Shown in pieces: positions 46,925-55,937 of a stretch of 64,000 bases of DNA (position 1 is its first letter; each line of letters begins with the position of its first letter). Below the pieces are notes generated by a model. It did no database searches. It was not told the origin of the DNA and worked only from the letters and a program-made list of their open reading frames with translations. Made by a program: the position numbers and the translations under genes. Source of the stretch: an uncultured Enterobacteriaceae bacterium. Lineage in GTDB: Bacteria > Myxococcota_A > UBA9042. The stretch spans positions 141,392 through 205,391 of the forward strand of contig CAZPHC010000006.1 of NCBI GenBank assembly GCA_964586155.1. The letters are read 5' to 3'.

Positions 46925-48151
46925 TCAGGCGCGCGCGCGTGCGGCCCAGGCGTCCAGGCCGGCCGCGAGGCAATCGACGGCGCGGCGCAGGGCGTCGAGC
47001 TCCAGGACGTAGGCGATGCGCACCTCGTTCCGGCCCCGGCCCGGCGTGGCGTAGAAGCCCTCGGCCGGGGCGAGCATCACCGTCTCGCCTTGGTGCGCGA
47101 AGTCCGTGAGCAAGAAGCGGCAGAACGCGTCGGCGTCGTCCACCGGCAGGGCGGCGACCAGGTAGAACGCACCAGCCGGGCAGGGAGCCTGCACGCCCGG
47201 GATCGCCCGCAGGCCCTCGATGAGGGCGTCGCGGCGGCGGCGGTACTCGGCGATGCTCGGCCGCAGCTCTTCGTCGGGGGCGCGCAGCGCGGCGAGCGCG
47301 GCCTCCTGGTCGACCGTCGGCGGCGACAGGCGCGCCTGGGCGAAGCGCAGGCAGGCGTCGTAGAAGCTGGCGTTGCGCGTGATCAGCGCGCCGATCCGGG
47401 CTCCGCAGGCCGAGTAGCGCTTGGACACCGAGTCGATGATGACGACGTGCTGCTCGGCGCCGGCGATGGCCAACGCGCTGGGCGCCAGGCCCGGAAGCGC
47501 GTCGTCGTAGACGAACTCGCGGTAGACCTCGTCGAGCACGAGCATCACGTCCCGCTCCACGGCGAGCGCCCCGAGGGCGTCCAGCGTCGCGCGATCGAGG
47601 ACGCGGCCGGTGGGGTTGCCCGGCGAAGGCAGCACGATCGCCCTGACCTGCGGCGTCAGCGCAGCGGCGACGTCGGCCAGGTGGATGGCGAAGCCGTCCT
47701 CGACCGTCGTCGGCAGGGCGACGACCTCGACGCCCAGGACGTGGGCGATGCCGCGGTAGTTGGTGTAGTAGGGCTCGGCGACCAGGATGGCGTCACCGAC
47801 GTCGCAGGCCGCAGCGAAGGCGAAGAGCAGGGCCTCGCTGCCGCCGACGGTGATCATGACCTGGTCGGCCGTGACCGGGGCGAGGTCGCCGTGCAGGCCC
47901 TGGCGTCGGTAGGCCTCGGCCCAGCCGGCGCGCAGCGCGGGGGTGCCTTGGGACGGGCTGTAGGCGATGGTGGTCGCGTCGAAGTTGCGGTACGCCTCGA
48001 TCATCGCCGGCGCCGTCGGCAGATCGGGCTGGCCGATGTTGAGGTGGTGGACGTGGACGCCTCGGGCGCGGGCCCCGTCCGCGAGCGCGGCGAGTCGGCG
48101 GATCGGGGAGGCGGGCGCGAGCCTGGCGCGATTCGACAGCGGTGCGGGCAT
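46925..48151 (-). CDS. Pyridoxal-phosphate-dependent aminotransferase (class I)
   Basis: 408 aa. LNIGQPDLP, SPGNPTG, PLP-Lys block SVSKRYSACGARIG. Confidence 0.85.
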   Translation of the reverse strand: MPAPLSNRARLAPASPIRRLAALADGARARGVHVHHLNIGQPDLPTAPAMIEAYRNFDATTIAYSPSQGTPALRAGWAEAYRRQGLHGDLAPVTADQVMITVGGSEALLFAFAAACDVGDAILVAEPYYTNYRGIAHVLGVEVVALPTTVEDGFAIHLADVAAALTPQVRAIVLPSPGNPTGRVLDRATLDALGALAVERDVMLVLDEVYREFVYDDALPGLAPSALAIAGAEQHVVIIDSVSKRYSACGARIGALITRNASFYDACLRFAQARLSPPTVDQEAALAALRAPDEELRPSIAEYRRRRDALIEGLRAIPGVQAPCPAGAFYLVAALPVDDADAFCRFLLTDFAHQGETVMLAPAEGFYATPGRGRNEVRIAYVLELDALRRAVDCLAAGLDAWAARARA

Positions 48152-48198
48152 GGGGCCTCACGATGGGCAGCGCGCTGCCCTGCGGATGGTCGCCGAAC

Positions 48199-50226
48199 TC
48201 AGCGGCGGTGGGCGGAGTTGGCTGCGCGCTTGGCCTCGGCGGCGACCGCGCGCGTGATGCGGTTTTCGTCGATCGGCCCGAGGTAGCGGCGCTTGCCGAT
48301 GTAGAGCACCGGATCGTCGACCATGTCCAGCCGGCGCGCGGCCGCTGCGGCGCTGGCCATCGCGTCCTTGACCTGGGGCAGGGCGGCGCCCTCGCCGAGC
48401 TGCTGCGGCTTGATGCCGAACTTGCGCAGCGCGCGGCGCAGCTGGCGCCAGTCGTTGGGATCCTGGATGGCGAAGAGCGCGAGCGCGCAGTCGAGCGCCT
48501 TGCCGCGACGGGCGCAGACGTGCAACGCGGCGCTGGCGGGCGTCACGCCCGGCTCGGCCGACGAGGCGATGGAGGCCAGGTGCAGGTGCACCGGGTGGAC
48601 CGGATGCTCGCGCAGCATCCGCAAGGCGTGGAAGGCAGCGCGCGAGCCGGGCTGGGCGAAGTCGACAAAGAGCCAGGCGTCCACCACCGCGACCCCTGGC
48701 GCACCGGCAGTGCCGAGGTCCACGGCGCAGCTCAACTCGCCGAGCTCCTCGTCGCCGTCGAGGTCGATCTCGGCCTCGTCGCGGGCGCGACCCGCCGCCA
48801 CGGCTTGCGCGTAGCCAGCGATGCCCTTGCGCGGCTGGCGCGCCATCTCGGCGCGGGCGTCGTCCAGCGCCGCCGACAGGCCTTCGTCCCGCGCGGTGCC
48901 CTGCCAGATGCGGCCCTGGATGTAGAGGGCGCCGGGGCGGCCATCGACGCTGACGGCGAGCCGCACGTTGCGTTCGGCGAGGACCGTGGCGGCGGTGTCG
49001 CCGACGCGGGCGCTGCGGGTGGATTCGCTCCAGCCCAGGATCCCGGCCAACCCGCCACTGTCGACCGGCGCCGGCGCGGCCGCGAGTCGCGTCCACAGCG
49101 CCAGCTGTTCGGCGACCGCCTTGCCGCGCAGCTCGGACCAGAGCGCGACCGACGCGTCGACCGCGCCGGCGCTCGCGCCGCCTCGACCCGGCTCGGTCTC
49201 GCCCAGCGGCAGCACGACCAGGCGCAGCCAGGGCCGACGAGCGGTCATGTCGAGCAGCGCCTGCAGATCCGCGGCGGCTGCGGGATCGGTGACGTCGACG
49301 AAGTAGACCGCGATGACGTCCGGCTTGGCCGCGCCGATGGCGGGCTCGTCGCCGCGCAGCTCGACGCGCCATCGTTCACCGACGCTGCCGCGCACGCCGC
49401 GATCGCGGCCCTTGTCGGCGCCGAACCGGCCGATGCCACGCCCGCGAAGGGTCGCGAGCGCGACCAGCGACGCCGGCGCCCGGCGGCGGACGACGTCGCG
49501 CTCGCAGTCCCGGACGCCTCGGCTCTGGCAGCGGGCCCAAGCGTTGCGCGCGTCCTGCATCGCCTGGCGCAGGATGCCGCGCGGGGCGACCCCGACGACG
49601 CCGCGCCCGCCGATCAGGGCCGTGGGCGTGGCCCGCACGCCGAACGCGATCGCCGCGCGTCGCTCGCGCTCGATCTCCTCCAAGGTGGCGGCGCTGGCGC
49701 GCTCCTGGTCGAGTCGTGCCGCGTCGAGCCCGGCGGCGGCGGCGGCGGCGTGCAGATCGTCGCCATGCAATGACGCCCGCTGCAGCAGCGCGCGGACGAA
49801 GGCTTCTTCCTTGCCCTGTTGGCGTGCGGCATACGCGGCCGCAGCCGCGGCCCGCGCCCCGGTGTGGCGACCGAGCGGCACATGGTGCAGCACGACGCTG
49901 AAGGCCGAGCCGTCGCCAGCCTCGTCGAGCACGCCGAAGAGCTGCTCGAGTGCGGCCCGGCTATGCTCGTCCTGCAAGTCGACGAAGAGGCGCAGCGGGA
50001 TCGTGCTGCCGTCGCTGGCCACGGGCGTCGCGGCCGCGGCCGACGGGCCGGCCTTGGCGGAGGTCACCGGCGTGGCCGGGCGCGTCGTCGGGGGCTGGGA
50101 CCACGATCGGGCCGGGATGCTGCCGATCGCGGCGCAGACCGCCAGCACGGCGACGAGCCGCCGCCGACCGCATGGGGGGCCCAAGCGGCTGGCGCTGCAC
50201 ACCGCAGGCGACCGGGAACGCGCCAC
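48199..50226 (-). CDS. Triple DsbA-like (Thioredoxin_4) domain secreted protein with all three CxxC active sites lost
   Basis: GTG start 2 nt after the stop of the upstream paralog (inside ORF 48199..50391). Signal-like MARSRSPAVCSASRLGPPCGRRRLVAVLAVCAAIGSIPA. Three DsbA-like repeats. In active paralogs the motif is VxFxxFQCPxC; here it reads VDLQDEHS, VDVTDPAA and VDFAQPGS. Confidence 0.55.
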   Translation of the reverse strand: MARSRSPAVCSASRLGPPCGRRRLVAVLAVCAAIGSIPARSWSQPPTTRPATPVTSAKAGPSAAAATPVASDGSTIPLRLFVDLQDEHSRAALEQLFGVLDEAGDGSAFSVVLHHVPLGRHTGARAAAAAAYAARQQGKEEAFVRALLQRASLHGDDLHAAAAAAGLDAARLDQERASAATLEEIERERRAAIAFGVRATPTALIGGRGVVGVAPRGILRQAMQDARNAWARCQSRGVRDCERDVVRRRAPASLVALATLRGRGIGRFGADKGRDRGVRGSVGERWRVELRGDEPAIGAAKPDVIAVYFVDVTDPAAAADLQALLDMTARRPWLRLVVLPLGETEPGRGGASAGAVDASVALWSELRGKAVAEQLALWTRLAAAPAPVDSGGLAGILGWSESTRSARVGDTAATVLAERNVRLAVSVDGRPGALYIQGRIWQGTARDEGLSAALDDARAEMARQPRKGIAGYAQAVAAGRARDEAEIDLDGDEELGELSCAVDLGTAGAPGVAVVDAWLFVDFAQPGSRAAFHALRMLREHPVHPVHLHLASIASSAEPGVTPASAALHVCARRGKALDCALALFAIQDPNDWRQLRRALRKFGIKPQQLGEGAALPQVKDAMASAAAAARRLDMVDDPVLYIGKRRYLGPIDENRITRAVAAEAKRAANSAHRR

Positions 50227-50228
50227 GG

Positions 50229-52247
50229 CTATTCGCGCGTGCGCAGCACGCGCTGCACCGCAGTCCGGAAGGTCTGCGCCGAGAAGCCGAGCTGCGGCGT
50301 GAACGCGTAGCCGTTGATGAAGACCGAAGGCGTGCCCTTGAGCCCGAGATCCCGCGCGATCTTGCCGCTCGCCTCGGCGTCGGCCGCCCACTTCTTGCTC
50401 TCGAGCGCCTTGGCCAGCGCCTTGACGTCCATGCCGACCTGCTTGCCGAGCGCGAGCAGCCCGTCCTGGTCGAGCTTGTCCTGCGCGGCCATCGCGGCGG
50501 CGTGGAACTCCCAGAACTTGCCCTGCGCCTGGGCCTCACGGCCGGCCTGGGCCGCCAGCAGCGCGTTCGGGTGGATGTCCGTCAGCGGGAAGTCCATCCA
50601 GGTCACCTTCACGCGGCCATCCATCTCGGCCTCGATGGCGCGCAGGTGCGGATCGAGCCGACCGCTGAAGGGGCATTGGAAGTCCTGGAACGCCACGATG
50701 TGCACGGCGGCGCCGGGCAGGCCGCGCGTGACGCCCAGCGTCGTGTCGATGGTCACCGCCTTGGCGGCCAGCGAGCTCAACAGCTTGCCCTCGCCGATGA
50801 TGGCGTCGTACAGCCCCGGCAGCGCCGTGCCACCGTCCAGCCGGGTCTTGGCCTTGGCCAGCTCCTCGTCGACGATGGTCCGCAGCGCGTCGAGCTCCAT
50901 GGCACCGATCAGGTGGCGACCGTTGACGTAGAGGTTCGGCGTGCCGCGCATGCCGAGTGCATCGACCTGCTCCATGTCGCCAGCGAGGCGATCGTCGGCG
51001 CCGGTCGCCGCGAGGGCAGTGCGGAACGCGCCGAGATCCAGGCCAGCGGTCGTGGCGGCCGCCTCGATCTTCGCCTGATCCAACGGCGCCCCTGCGGCAA
51101 AGAGCGCGTCGTGCATCTCCCAGAACTTGCCCTGCGCGCGCGCCGCCTCGGCCGCCTTGGCCGCCGCCGCAGCGCCGGGGTGGATCGCCAGCGGGTTGTG
51201 CTTCCAGACGACGCGGACCTGATCGCCGAGGTCGTTGCGCAGCGAGGTCAGCGTGGTCGCCATCTTCGCGGTGAACGGGCACTCGAAGTCGCCGAAGATC
51301 ACGACCGTGACGGGCGCAGCGGTGGGGCCACGAACCGGATCGTCGCCGCGCACCAGCACGCGCCAGACCGTATTGGGATCGTCGCCGGTGTCGCCGAAGC
51401 GCAGCGTCTGGCCGACCGGCATGCCGTTGGCGCCCGCCGGCGCGATCTGGGCGCCGACGATGCCGCTCTTGCGCTCGACCTTGGCCGGGACTGGCGCCGC
51501 GGCCGGACGCTCGCCGTTGAGGACGTGCTTGATGTAGAACGGCGCGCGCTTGGGGCTGTTCTGCTCGATCAGCGTCGTCATCAGCTTGTCGGGGGCGGTG
51601 CCCTTCTGCAGCAGCTCGGCGGCCACGTCGCTTTGGGTCTTGACGATGCCGTCCCAGGTCTCGCGGCTCTGCGCGCCCTGCAGCAGCGCGCCGTTCACCA
51701 GGTACGACGGCGTGCCGGCGACGCCGAGGGCCGACGCGAGCGCGACGTCCCAGGCGACCTCATCGGCGACCTCGGGGCTGGCGCGCAGGGCCTCGAACTT
51801 GGCCTTGTCGACGTCCTTGCGCTCGGCGAACGAGCCGATCGTGGCGGCGTCGACCGACTCCGCGCCGAACGCGTGCTCCCACCACTGTTGCCACAGGCCC
51901 ATCTTGCGGGCCGCGACGGCGGCGCGAGCGAGCTCGACCGAGTCGGGATGCGCGTCGAGCGGCAGGTTGACGATGCGCAGGCGAGCGACGCCCTCGTGGG
52001 CCTTGAACGCAGCCAGCAGATCGGCGCTGCTCGCCTTGCAGTGCGGGCATTGGTAGCCGACGAAGGCCAGCACATCGACCTTCGGCGAGGACGAACCGAA
52101 TCCGGCGCGCTCGAGCGTCGGCGCGGCGGCAGGCGCAGCTGCGGCCGGCGTGTCGGCGGGTTTCTTGGGACCACAGCCCGTCAACAGCGCCACACCGAGC
52201 GTGAGCCGGGCACCGATCGCAACTGTCCTCGTCATAGACCTGGCCAT
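50229..52247 (-). CDS. Lipoprotein with three tandem DsbA-like thioredoxin (Thioredoxin_4) domains
   Basis: 672 aa. GGAGG RBS. Lipobox LLTGC. Domain 1 FVGYQCPHCK. Domain 2 FGDFECPFTA (CxxT variant). Domain 3 FQDFQCPFSG. Each is followed by the QGKFWE..H block of this family. Confidence 0.8.
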   Translation of the reverse strand: MARSMTRTVAIGARLTLGVALLTGCGPKKPADTPAAAAPAAAPTLERAGFGSSSPKVDVLAFVGYQCPHCKASSADLLAAFKAHEGVARLRIVNLPLDAHPDSVELARAAVAARKMGLWQQWWEHAFGAESVDAATIGSFAERKDVDKAKFEALRASPEVADEVAWDVALASALGVAGTPSYLVNGALLQGAQSRETWDGIVKTQSDVAAELLQKGTAPDKLMTTLIEQNSPKRAPFYIKHVLNGERPAAAPVPAKVERKSGIVGAQIAPAGANGMPVGQTLRFGDTGDDPNTVWRVLVRGDDPVRGPTAAPVTVVIFGDFECPFTAKMATTLTSLRNDLGDQVRVVWKHNPLAIHPGAAAAAKAAEAARAQGKFWEMHDALFAAGAPLDQAKIEAAATTAGLDLGAFRTALAATGADDRLAGDMEQVDALGMRGTPNLYVNGRHLIGAMELDALRTIVDEELAKAKTRLDGGTALPGLYDAIIGEGKLLSSLAAKAVTIDTTLGVTRGLPGAAVHIVAFQDFQCPFSGRLDPHLRAIEAEMDGRVKVTWMDFPLTDIHPNALLAAQAGREAQAQGKFWEFHAAAMAAQDKLDQDGLLALGKQVGMDVKALAKALESKKWAADAEASGKIARDLGLKGTPSVFINGYAFTPQLGFSAQTFRTAVQRVLRTRE

Positions 52248-52369
52248 CCAAAACCTCCAGAAAGCCGGAAACCGGGCGCCGAAGGGTAGGGGTCCACCTC
52301 GGCGCGGTCAAGCGCGCAGCCCCGCAATGTCGCGAGGGTGCCTCGCGATTCCACGGCCACCTGCCGGCA

Positions 52370-54067
52370 TCAGAGCGCGCGCGACCGGAGCAACGAGAAG
52401 CCGAGCAGGCTGCCGGTCCATAAGCCCGTGAGTCCGAGGATCGCCGCCCACCACGACGTCACCGATGCCCACCCACGTAGCTCGGCGGTCGGCAGCAGCC
52501 AGGCGAAGATCGCCCAGGCGCACAAGGTCGTCGCCGCGAGGATGGCGCGGTTGACCTGGCGGTCGCGGCCTTCGAGCGCGCGCTCCTGGCCCGGATCGAC
52601 GACCTCGAGCCGCAGCTCGCCGCGTCGCGCCTGGCGCAACAGGATGCGGGCCTCGCCCGGCAGCACGTTCGCGAGGCTCCACCAATCCCTGGCGGTGCGC
52701 ACCAGCTTGCGGCTGTAGGTCTCGGGGTCCAAGGCGCGGGCGAGGTAGAGCCGCACAAAAAGGGGCCGCAGATCGACCAAGGGGTTGAACCCCGGGTGGA
52801 TCTCACGCGCGATGCCCTCCATCGTCGACAGCGACTTGCCGATCAGCAGCAGGTCCGAGGGCAGATCGATCTCGTGTTCGACGATGACCTCGATCGCGTC
52901 GGCGAGGAAGGCGCTGACATCGACCGACGCGATGTCGATGCCGTGGTAGCGGCCCATCAGCGCCGCCACGGACGAGCGCAGGCGGCGCACGTCGACGCTG
53001 TCGCCGAGCAGGCCGAGGTCGAGCAGCAGGGACACGAGCATCTCGGCGTCGCCGAGCAGCAACGCGGCCATGAACGTCAGCAGCTCATCGATGCGCTCGC
53101 GGTCGAGCGAGCCCATCATGCCGAAGTCGATGATGCCGAGCCGGCCGTCGCGCAGGACGAAGAAGTTGCCCGGGTGCGGGTCGCCGTGGAAGAAGCCGTG
53201 CTCGAAGATGCTGGCGATCACGACGGTGATGCCGATCTGGGCCACGTCGACCGGGTTGACCGACCAGGCCGCGAGCGTCGCGGTGTCGGTGACCTTGCAG
53301 CCGTCGATGAACTCCATCGTCAGCATCCGCCGCGTGCTGAGGTTCGGCCAGGTCTGCGGCACCTTGACCCGCGGCTCCGGGGCCAACTGCTGGCGGAAGC
53401 GTTCGATGTTGCGGAGCTCGTTGCCGAAGTCCGTCTCCAGCTTCAGCGAGCGCGCCAGCTCGTCGATCGCCATCACCGGCTTGAACCGACGGATCTCCGG
53501 CAGCTGCTCCTCGAGCCAGCCGGCCACGAACGAGAGCAGCTCCAGATCGCTGCGCAGGCGTTCGTCGAGCCCGGGCCGCTGCAGCTTGATCACCACCTCT
53601 TCGCCCGTGACGAGGCGCGCCCGGTGGACCTGGGCGATCGAGGCGGCCGCCAGCGGCTTCTCGTCGAAGAAGGCGAAGCACTCGGACAGGGTCCGCGGCG
53701 CCAGCTCGTCCTCGACCAGCGCCTTGGCGATCGCGGCGTCGAACGGCGGCACGTTGTCCTGTAGCTGGCGCAGCTCGTCGATCAGCGAGAGCGGCACCAG
53801 ATCCGGGCGCGTCGCGAGCAGCTGGCCGAGCTTGACGAAGGTCGGCCCCAGCTCTTCGAACGCCAGACGGATCCGCACCTCCCAGCGACGTCGCGCGAGG
53901 TCTTCGTCGGCCGTGAGGCCGGCGCGCAGGCGGACGAGCGAACCGAGGCCGGTGCGATCGAGCACGTGACCGAAACCGTAGCGCACCGCGACGCTCAGCA
54001 CCTGGCGCAGCCGCCCCATCTGGCGCGCCATGCCGGGCAGGGCGATGAGCCGGCCGAGCGCGCTCAT
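52370..54067 (-). CDS. ubiB: UbiB/ABC1-family atypical kinase (ubiquinone biosynthesis-associated)
   Basis: Start at M44 of ORF 52370..54196. ASIAQVHRARL, HGDPHPGNFFV, IDFGMMG are ABC1 motifs. Two C-terminal TM helices. Confidence 0.85.
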   Translation of the reverse strand: MSALGRLIALPGMARQMGRLRQVLSVAVRYGFGHVLDRTGLGSLVRLRAGLTADEDLARRRWEVRIRLAFEELGPTFVKLGQLLATRPDLVPLSLIDELRQLQDNVPPFDAAIAKALVEDELAPRTLSECFAFFDEKPLAAASIAQVHRARLVTGEEVVIKLQRPGLDERLRSDLELLSFVAGWLEEQLPEIRRFKPVMAIDELARSLKLETDFGNELRNIERFRQQLAPEPRVKVPQTWPNLSTRRMLTMEFIDGCKVTDTATLAAWSVNPVDVAQIGITVVIASIFEHGFFHGDPHPGNFFVLRDGRLGIIDFGMMGSLDRERIDELLTFMAALLLGDAEMLVSLLLDLGLLGDSVDVRRLRSSVAALMGRYHGIDIASVDVSAFLADAIEVIVEHEIDLPSDLLLIGKSLSTMEGIAREIHPGFNPLVDLRPLFVRLYLARALDPETYSRKLVRTARDWWSLANVLPGEARILLRQARRGELRLEVVDPGQERALEGRDRQVNRAILAATTLCAWAIFAWLLPTAELRGWASVTSWWAAILGLTGLWTGSLLGFSLLRSRAL

Positions 54068-54492
54068 GGCGCCTCCGCCGATCGAGCGCTCGCGGCCTCG
54101 CCGCCCGTGCCGCCGTCGTCGGCTGCGCCTGCGCCATCGTCCTGCGGGCCCGACGCGCCTGCGCTCTCGGCTGCTGCGGCCGCAGCGCGCAGCCATTGGG
54201 CCAGCAGCGGCGCCACCGTCCTGCCGCTGGCGCGCAGCGCCGTCGCCATCGGGCTCGCCTGGGCCTGGGCCATCACGGCCACCGCGACCTCGCCGAGCAT
54301 CGCCGCGTACGGCGCGCCTTCGTCGCGCAGTCGTTCGAGTCGGACCCGCGTCTGCGTGCGCAGGGCCTCGACCTCGGTGGCGTCGAGCGCGCCCGCGCTC
54401 AGGACGCGGTCCAGGATCGCGTCGCTCTGCCCCTCGAGCATCCAGCGCGCCACCAGGCTGGTCAGCCCCTTCTCGACCGCGCGACCGATCAT
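54064..54492 (-). CDS. Small hypothetical protein translationally coupled to ubiB
   Basis: 142 aa. Stop overlaps the ubiB start (ATGA). Ala-rich and no TM. Family unknown; the position is where an UbiJ-like accessory protein sits in other taxa. Confidence 0.4.
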   Translation of the reverse strand: MIGRAVEKGLTSLVARWMLEGQSDAILDRVLSAGALDATEVEALRTQTRVRLERLRDEGAPYAAMLGEVAVAVMAQAQASPMATALRASGRTVAPLLAQWLRAAAAAAESAGASGPQDDGAGAADDGGTGGEAASARSAEAP

Positions 54493-54580
54493 GGTGTTCC
54501 TTCTGTCGCCGGGGCGTCGTTCGCGTCGCCGCGCGCCGCGCGCCTGCTGCGCCGCGGCGTCACCGCAGGCGCGGGCGCGG

Positions 54581-55111
54581 CTACAGGCTGCAGCGCCGGA
54601 TGCGCCACTTCCCGCCGTTGTCGTCGTCGTTGTAGACCGCGCAGGGCGTCGGCATCTCCTTGCGGCGGCTCTCGAGGTAGAACTCGTAGCCGGCGATGCC
54701 GCCCGCGCTGCGCATGATCTCCTTGAAGTCCACGATCTTGAACGATCCGTCCGGGTCGACGTAGTCCTTGGCCTGGCGGCGCATGCGCTTCCAGCCGCCC
54801 TCGTACCAGCCGCGAAGGGCGTTCGGCGTGCGCTCTTCGCTGTGCAGGGTCTTCTGGAAGCGTTCCCAGCCGGCCTCTTCGTTCGACTCCATCGCGGCCT
54901 CGATGGCCTCCTTGATGACCCACTCGGCCGACTCGGGGTCCGGGTTGGTCACGACGATGCCGAAGATCTTCATCCGGGCCTTGTCGACCGTCTTGCCGAC
55001 GATGTCGCAGCCGCCGAGCCCGAGCATCAGGGCCACCGCGAACAGACCGCGCAGCAAGGGCGCGGCGCTGCGGACGCCTCGGGCCACGAGGTGAGAGGTG
55101 CTTGCACGCAT
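54581..55111 (-). CDS. Hypothetical lipoprotein
   Basis: ATG (frame-checked inside ORF 54581..55978) with AGGAGG RBS. MRASTSHLVARGVRSAAPLLRGLFAVALMLGLGGC lipobox. Trp/Glu-rich about 150-aa mature domain. Confidence 0.55.
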   Translation of the reverse strand: MRASTSHLVARGVRSAAPLLRGLFAVALMLGLGGCDIVGKTVDKARMKIFGIVVTNPDPESAEWVIKEAIEAAMESNEEAGWERFQKTLHSEERTPNALRGWYEGGWKRMRRQAKDYVDPDGSFKIVDFKEIMRSAGGIAGYEFYLESRRKEMPTPCAVYNDDDNGGKWRIRRCSL

Positions 55112-55327
55112 CGAATGCCTCCTGTGTGCCGGTTGCCGCGCCCTGCGTCGGCGCGCTCGGCGGCGCCGGCCGATCCGGCGGCTCACGTCGTCGCCAGCGA
55201 GCATAGGCCCGCGTCGACCGCGCCGGCAAGGCTGCTTGCGTCGGGGGGACGAGGCCCCTATCCTCCCCGGCCCTCGCCACCCAGGCGAGGTCGCGCGCCT
55301 GCTCTTCGGGTCGCATCGAGGTTGCCG

Positions 55328-55816
55328 ATGTCCCTGCACCGTCTCAAGCGAGCTGACACCCTCCCCGCCGTCGGGCGCGAGATCGACGCGTGGTGCACCC
55401 GCTGCAAGCTCGAACTCGACCATGTCATCACAGCGATGGACGGCATCGAGGTCGTCCAGGTGCGCTGCAAGACCTGTTCGTCGGTGCATCGCTACCGCGG
55501 TGGCGCCGCCGCTGCGCGGGCTGCTTCGCTCGTGGCGCCGACCGGCAAGGCACCCGCCACGCCGAAGCCGAAGGTCGACGCCGCCGAGCGTCGCGCCGCC
55601 GCGGCCAAGCCGACCCAGGATCGGCTGCGCTTCGAGCGCCTGATGAAGGATCGCGATCGCGCCGGCGCCGTGGCCTACGCCCCGACCGTCGCGCCGCAGG
55701 TCGGCCTGCTCCTGGCGCACAGCAAGTTCGGCTACGGCGTCATCGAGGCCATCGATGGCGGCAAGGCCCACGTCCTGTTCGAGGATGGCGACCGGATCCT
55801 GGTCATGGGACGTTAG
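55328..55816 (+). CDS. Zn-ribbon protein with C-terminal small beta-domain (DUF3553-like)
   Basis: ATG (frame-checked inside ORF 53966..55816). CTRCKLELDHV...CKTCSSVH has four Cys. C-terminal LLAHSKFGYGVIEAIDGGKAHVLFEDGDRILV resembles DUF3553-type domains. Confidence 0.5.
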   Translation: MSLHRLKRADTLPAVGREIDAWCTRCKLELDHVITAMDGIEVVQVRCKTCSSVHRYRGGAAAARAASLVAPTGKAPATPKPKVDAAERRAAAAKPTQDRLRFERLMKDRDRAGAVAYAPTVAPQVGLLLAHSKFGYGVIEAIDGGKAHVLFEDGDRILVMGR

Positions 55817-55937
55817 AACATCGTCGCGCCGGTCGGCTCGAACTTCTTCGACAACGATTTCGATTCGCGCTAGTGTTGGTGTCACTTCCTGGCACACGTG
55901 CGGGCTTGCCGCACGGAGCTGCCACGGGTGGGCGGCG

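Noticed and set aside
53966-55327. First 450 aa of the 616-aa ORF 53966..55816 (+)
   Set aside because: Arg/Ala/Pro-rich junk antisense to ubiB and the lipoprotein gene. Only the terminal 162 aa (from ATG 55328) looks like a real Zn-ribbon protein.
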